Shown: positions 57,231 through 64,000 of the stretch, one piece after another
Layout of the letters: each line of letters starts with the position of its first letter
Numbering within the stretch: position 1 is the first letter of the stretch
Source: the human T2T-CHM13v2.0 reference genome, Homo sapiens
Assembly: GCF_009914755.1 (NCBI RefSeq)
Contig: NC_060925.1
Strand: one strand, 5' to 3'
DNA length: 64,000 bases
The notes under the pieces: generated by a model
Seen by the model: the letters and a program-made list of their open reading frames with translations, nothing else
Databases searched by the model: none
What the model was told of the DNA's origin: nothing
Made by a program: the position numbers and the translations under genes

Positions 57231-58984
57231 ATTAGGTAATATTTTCCTATTGGCTTCAAAAAGGTAACAGTCTCAAATGGAGCTCCCTTTCAAATCACAA
57301 ATATTTTAGAAAATATAACATCAAACATTTGCAAATAGTGCTAACTTGTGGACTTGTGAACATAAATTATTTCATATGTTCTTCTCTCATTAGTATTCAA
57401 CAATGTAGTTTTCCAAATAGAGAAGTTCCTCAATCTTATTCACCTGAATGTTAATTGGTAAAGCCATTTTCAGATATTTTTAAAATTCTGCATTTTGCAG
57501 TAGAATACAACATTGCTCTTCAGTGAGTAATTAAATTAGCACAATACTAATATATTTTTTCATACAATAAAAAAATCTGTCTTTCCACAGAAAAAGCCGT
57601 GGATGCTGCATGCTCCTCACTTGTTTTCCAGGCCATCACTTTTCCTTTTTATAGCTTTTAGTGCTCTCCTTATTCTTAGCTAAAATTGTGTCATGTCTAT
57701 CCAGTGTAATTTCCATATCTTTAACTTCCCACTTCTGTAATCAGTCTCCTGTGAATTTTTCAATTTCAATTGAGGTCACTGTGGTCTGGATCACATCCAA
57801 TTTCCTACAAATGTCTCCTGAATCATTTCCATGTACGTCTGACATGTTGAATACTCCAGTTCTTTCCTATCTAAGGGGGAAAAAAATCTTTAGTGATAAA
57901 ACAGCTTTTTTTTGTTTACAAAAATTTTATGATGAATTCAAAATTATGAATGAATTAGCTTACTCTTGGGTTATTTTTTAATGTTTTACTTCTTAATAAC
58001 AATGAAGTATTAGATGCACAGTAGAAAATGTTCAAGCTCTGTAGAGCAAAGTAACTTTTAATTATTTAGAAATATATCATTATAATCCTGTTTTGTGTAT
58101 TGTTGTGGACCTAATTCCTATAATTAAAGTTTATAAATATCAGTCCTCATTCAACTCCAAATACCCTTGCAAGTCTGATGTAAAATCTCAAAATTAATAG
58201 TCAGAAGCATTTTGTTATTTTTCCGAAGAAACAAGGTATAATATTAATATTTTGGAATGCTTTTTGGAAATTGTAGTCATAAAGGCAATTAAATTAAGCA
58301 ATCTTGTCTCAGGGTATTATGTCAAATAGCAAATCTCTTGAATCAATTTATTAAGGATTGTATACCTGGAGGGAATATTTAAACTGTTGAATTAGCTTTC
58401 TCAAAGGATCTATAGGAAAGTCAAATAAGTGTCTTTTTATTTATAAATCAAAAGCTTTAAACAGGATTTTATTCTTTTTTTATCCAACAGAATTTCTGAT
58501 TTGCAGAGATTTTATAGCGGATTAAGAAACATAGTGTTAAGAGAAATCATAAGCATGAAACTTAATATCTCACAGACTTTAAAATTTTGGCTTTATGTTA
58601 AATATATACAATTTGGTGGGAAACTAAATGACTGCCAAATACTTTTTAAATCAAGATCTGATATACACAGATTGAAAATTGTCAGATGTTATTTTAGGAT
58701 TGTATTTTCCAAGATTAATTTAAAGTGAGAATAAAGTTGATATTGTAGCATTTTTAAGAGACAATTATCATTGAGGGATTGTAACATATAACTAGATCTT
58801 GAAATCTATCTGGGCCATGTTGAATATAAATTAAGTAACTCTTAAATGAAAGGAAGTAATTGGTTTTTCTCATCATTGTATTGCCAGTACCCAACACAGA
58901 ATCCAGCACATGGAAAATACACAAAATATGTACAAATTTGTTGAATAAAGATAAAAAGTCACACTATATTTATATTTGCTCTGA

Positions 58985-59293
<309 letters not shown>

Positions 59294-60029
59294 TAACATT
59301 ACTTTTAACATGACTCGTCATACTCTTTGAGAGGCCCTAATGCCCCATCCATCTTTACTTACTAGCAGTTCCAACCCAATCACTACAAACAGCCAGAGTC
59401 CAGTCCCAAGTAGGAATTGGAACTCATGATCCATTGAAACAACGATGAGTCTAGATTTATAATGCTGAATAATCAACCCTATTGACCTCAATCATTACGA
59501 AATGTCCATGTTTCCCAGGGCATGGTTCATCACTTGGACTTTTATCTCCCTATGGTTCTATTCATGCTGTAAACTGACCTGATTCTGCACCCTTGCCTAA
59601 CCTCTCTAAACTACAAAAGTGCTTTCCAGAAACTAAAATTTTCTTATATCTTTCATTTATTCTTTGGACAATCCCTTGACTCTCCATGAGTTACTTAGCC
59701 TAAGGTTTGTAGAGACTCCCCTTGCTTGTAATTGCCCCCAGCCCCTTGCTACCACTTACTTCCCAGTAAGCTCCTGCTCCTTTGCTGCACATGCAACCAT
59801 GATTTATCTTCATTGATCATTTTCTCTGAAGTTATCTTTAGTTCTTTTGCTCTATATCTGTATTCCCTTCTCCACTTCTTTTTTTTTTTTTTGCATTCCT
59901 TTAAATCAGGGCTTCAGTCATAGCCACATCTGAAGTTCTATCCATGCTCTACAACTACCCTCAAAAATATCTGACTCAGTGGATCACTCTCTTTCCTGAA
60001 AAAGGAATGAAACAGTGCCTTGCTCATTT

Positions 60030-60273
60030 TTCCAGGCTGGAGTGCAGTAGCACAAACAGCCTCAACCTCCTGAGAGCAAGTGATCCTCCTCAGCCTCCCA
60101 ATTGGCTGGGACTACAGGTGAACACTACCATGCCCAGGCAAGTTTTGAATTGTTTGTAGAGACAGGGGTTTCCCTATGTTGGCCAGACTGATCTGGAACT
60201 TCTGGGCTCAAGCAATCCACCTCCCTTGATCTCCCTATGTGCTGGTATTACAAGCATGAGCCACCGGCCTGGC
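60030..60273 (-). mobile_element. AluJ fragment
   Basis: ccaggctggagtgcagt...atgagccaccggcctggcc, diverged. Confidence 0.85.
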
Positions 60274-60329
60274 CTCCTGAAGCTTTTCTTAATTTTACTC
60301 TGAGACTTCTGTTTTTCTCTTACTTTACT

Positions 60330-61941
<1,612 letters not shown>

Positions 61942-63232
61942 TGGAACCTTCTTATCTGAACATTCTAACTAAAATTGTATCACCTATCGCTACATATTGT
62001 TCACTCACTTTCATTTTACTTTTTATTATCACCCTTCATGGATTTGATTTGTCCTTTGCTGTAACCCCTACGCCAAAAATAGTGCCTGCTATAAAGGAAC
62101 TCAATATTTGGTAAAATAGTAAGTATTAGTAAATGAAAATAGTTTTCATGTGACACATAGAATATTCTGTTTATATGAATCACATGCTGAATTATTTTTA
62201 GCGTAAGTTTTTTTTTTTTTGAAATATAGTGTTTGGCTGGTGTTGTGGGGTGAGACACAAAATAATTCACACCATATGCAGTGTATCTCTTCAGTATCAA
62301 TATCTACAAATCATTAGATTAATATTCATTTTAATTGTTAATTAAATAATCTTATTAGAAAATAAATCCCAAAATTTTTAAATAACTCCTTGTGACTATT
62401 GTACAATATACTATTGTTTTATCAAATTGCTTAATCAAATATATAGAAACAGTAGTCTCTTTGACCCTACTAAACCCTAAATGGGTACAATATTTTCTGG
62501 GCATACTTTTGTACTTAGAAAGGCTGGACCAAAGGCTATAGATATGAGACATTGCCTTATTTTTTTGTTTCATTTCCAAGGGTTCAAACTAACAAATAAT
62601 TGTGTAAATAAAAATGTTTTACAGACTGGAAGAGAAATAGAACACTGAAAAATATTTTGGTCTTATGTAGATAACTAGGAAGAAGCAACCACAGTGTCAC
62701 ACACTATAAATTTTACAATTGGCTCATGAATCCAACAGCCACATGGCAAATTGCATGTTGCTCACATTGAAATAATTTATCTCCACCTATATAATGTTTT
62801 TTTTCTTTGGTATGCAAAGATAGCCAATGCTTTTTTGACCCAGTTATTTTAAAGTGTCTGGTCTTCAGATCATCTTGCTATCTAAAATGCAAATGCAATG
62901 ATCTTCCTTGCATTTTTGTTTACATTTTATAAAATATAATGATATCTTGTGAAATATTTATGTTTGATTCAGTGCAATTATTGCAATATTGGGCAATTAT
63001 GTCTCCATCTAATGAGGAAAATGAAGTTTATACCCAAATAAATGAGAACAGAAATAATGTGGCCATTGTTTTGGATCAAAATCATTATCTCTTTTGAACC
63101 AATAGATAATTTAGGTGAAAATAATATAATTTGAACATTTATTTTGGAAATTTTAGAAAGTCAGGTTTTATGTCAGACATTATGATAAAACTGATTTTCT
63201 TTCATTTGAAGTCCAGAAATGTAATTTAATGG

Positions 63233-63787
63233 GTGCTTAGTTTTCTATAGCTGCCTTAACAAATTCTCAAAAATGTAGCAGCCTAACACAGATTTATTAG
63301 CTCAGTTCTGAATACGAGAAGTTCTGATATGAGAAGTCCGACATTGGATTTCGCAGGGAGAAAATGAAGGTGTCCACGGGGCTGCTTTCCTTACAGGAGG
63401 CTCGGTGGAGAAATTTGCCTTCAGGCACATTCAGGTTATCTGTAGTTCAGTTCCTGCAGTTCTGAAACTGAGTTACCAGTTTGTTTGCTGGATGTTAAAA
63501 AGAGGATCCGACAGACTGCCCATATTCCTTCTCATGCTTTCTATGAGCTCCTAGAGGCCTCTTTCTGGGCTTTGCACAAGAGCCCTTAAAACTCAAAGCT
63601 AGTAACAGTGTATCTGGTTTCTCTCACACTTAGAATATTTCTGACTTCTCTTTCAGCTCCATTTCTCTGTTTTCTTCTATTGCATGGTTCTGACTCCAGC
63701 TAGAGAATGTCTTTAGCTTTAAAATTTTAGTATTTAGATTGGGTTTATCTGAATAATTGAAGATACTCCCCTTATTGTGAATTCCAT
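63233..63787 (-). mobile_element. MLT1-type MaLR LTR
   Basis: tgcttagttttctatagctgccttaacaaatt..cagttctg..aaggtgtccacggggctg..ttagattgggttta. Confidence 0.75.
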
Positions 63788-64000
63788 TGATATTGTTTGG
63801 ATATTTGTCCTCTCCAATCTCATGTTGAAATGCAACCCCCAGTGGTGGAGATGGGGCCTAGTGGGAGGTATTTGGGTCATGGGGCTGGATCCTTCATGAA
63901 AGTCTTGGTGCCATCCTCACAATAATGAGTGAATTATCACTCTAGTTCACAGAACTGGTTATTAAACAGAGCCTAGCATCAACTCCTCTCTCTCTTGCTC
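63788..64000 (+). mobile_element. MST-type MaLR LTR (runs off the window)
   Basis: tgatattgtttggatatttgtcctctccaatctcatgttgaaatg..ggggcctagtgggagg. Confidence 0.88.

Noticed and set aside
58470-58728. Strong-looking acceptor followed by a 75-aa ORF
   Set aside because: No matching donor, AT-rich composition, no recognisable protein similarity

Overview
AT-rich, repeat-dense primate (most likely hominoid, given the LTR12C and L1PA3/4-type elements) non-coding DNA, either deep intron or intergenic. I find no intact protein-coding gene, RNA gene or CRISPR-like array. Nearly all long ORFs in the track come from repeats. Main elements: a decayed near-full-length L1MA-type LINE (~20.8-28.3 kb), a 5'-truncated L1PA with a perfect 17-bp TSD (48.2-52.7 kb), a CpG-rich solo LTR12C (ERV9) promoter element, a complete THE1A-type MaLR provirus with a 264-codon open internal frame, several solo MaLR LTRs, two Tigger DNA transposons, ~16 Alus and old L1M/L2/MIR debris. 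I cannot support a novel biological system from sequence alone. The best leads are: (i) a candidate minus-strand non-coding transcript (well-formed 127-nt exon at 37111-37237, a second strong donor at 3627, and all young LTRs pointing the opposite way); (ii) a 20-bp perfect palindrome of NKX/homeodomain-type motifs; (iii) a complex local rearrangement at ~18.8-19.1 kb; (iv) a 415-nt Alu-tail-derived polypurine tract with triplex/G4 potential. Subfamily names are recalled by eye and should be confirmed with RepeatMasker/Dfam. Boundaries without a TSD are approximate.
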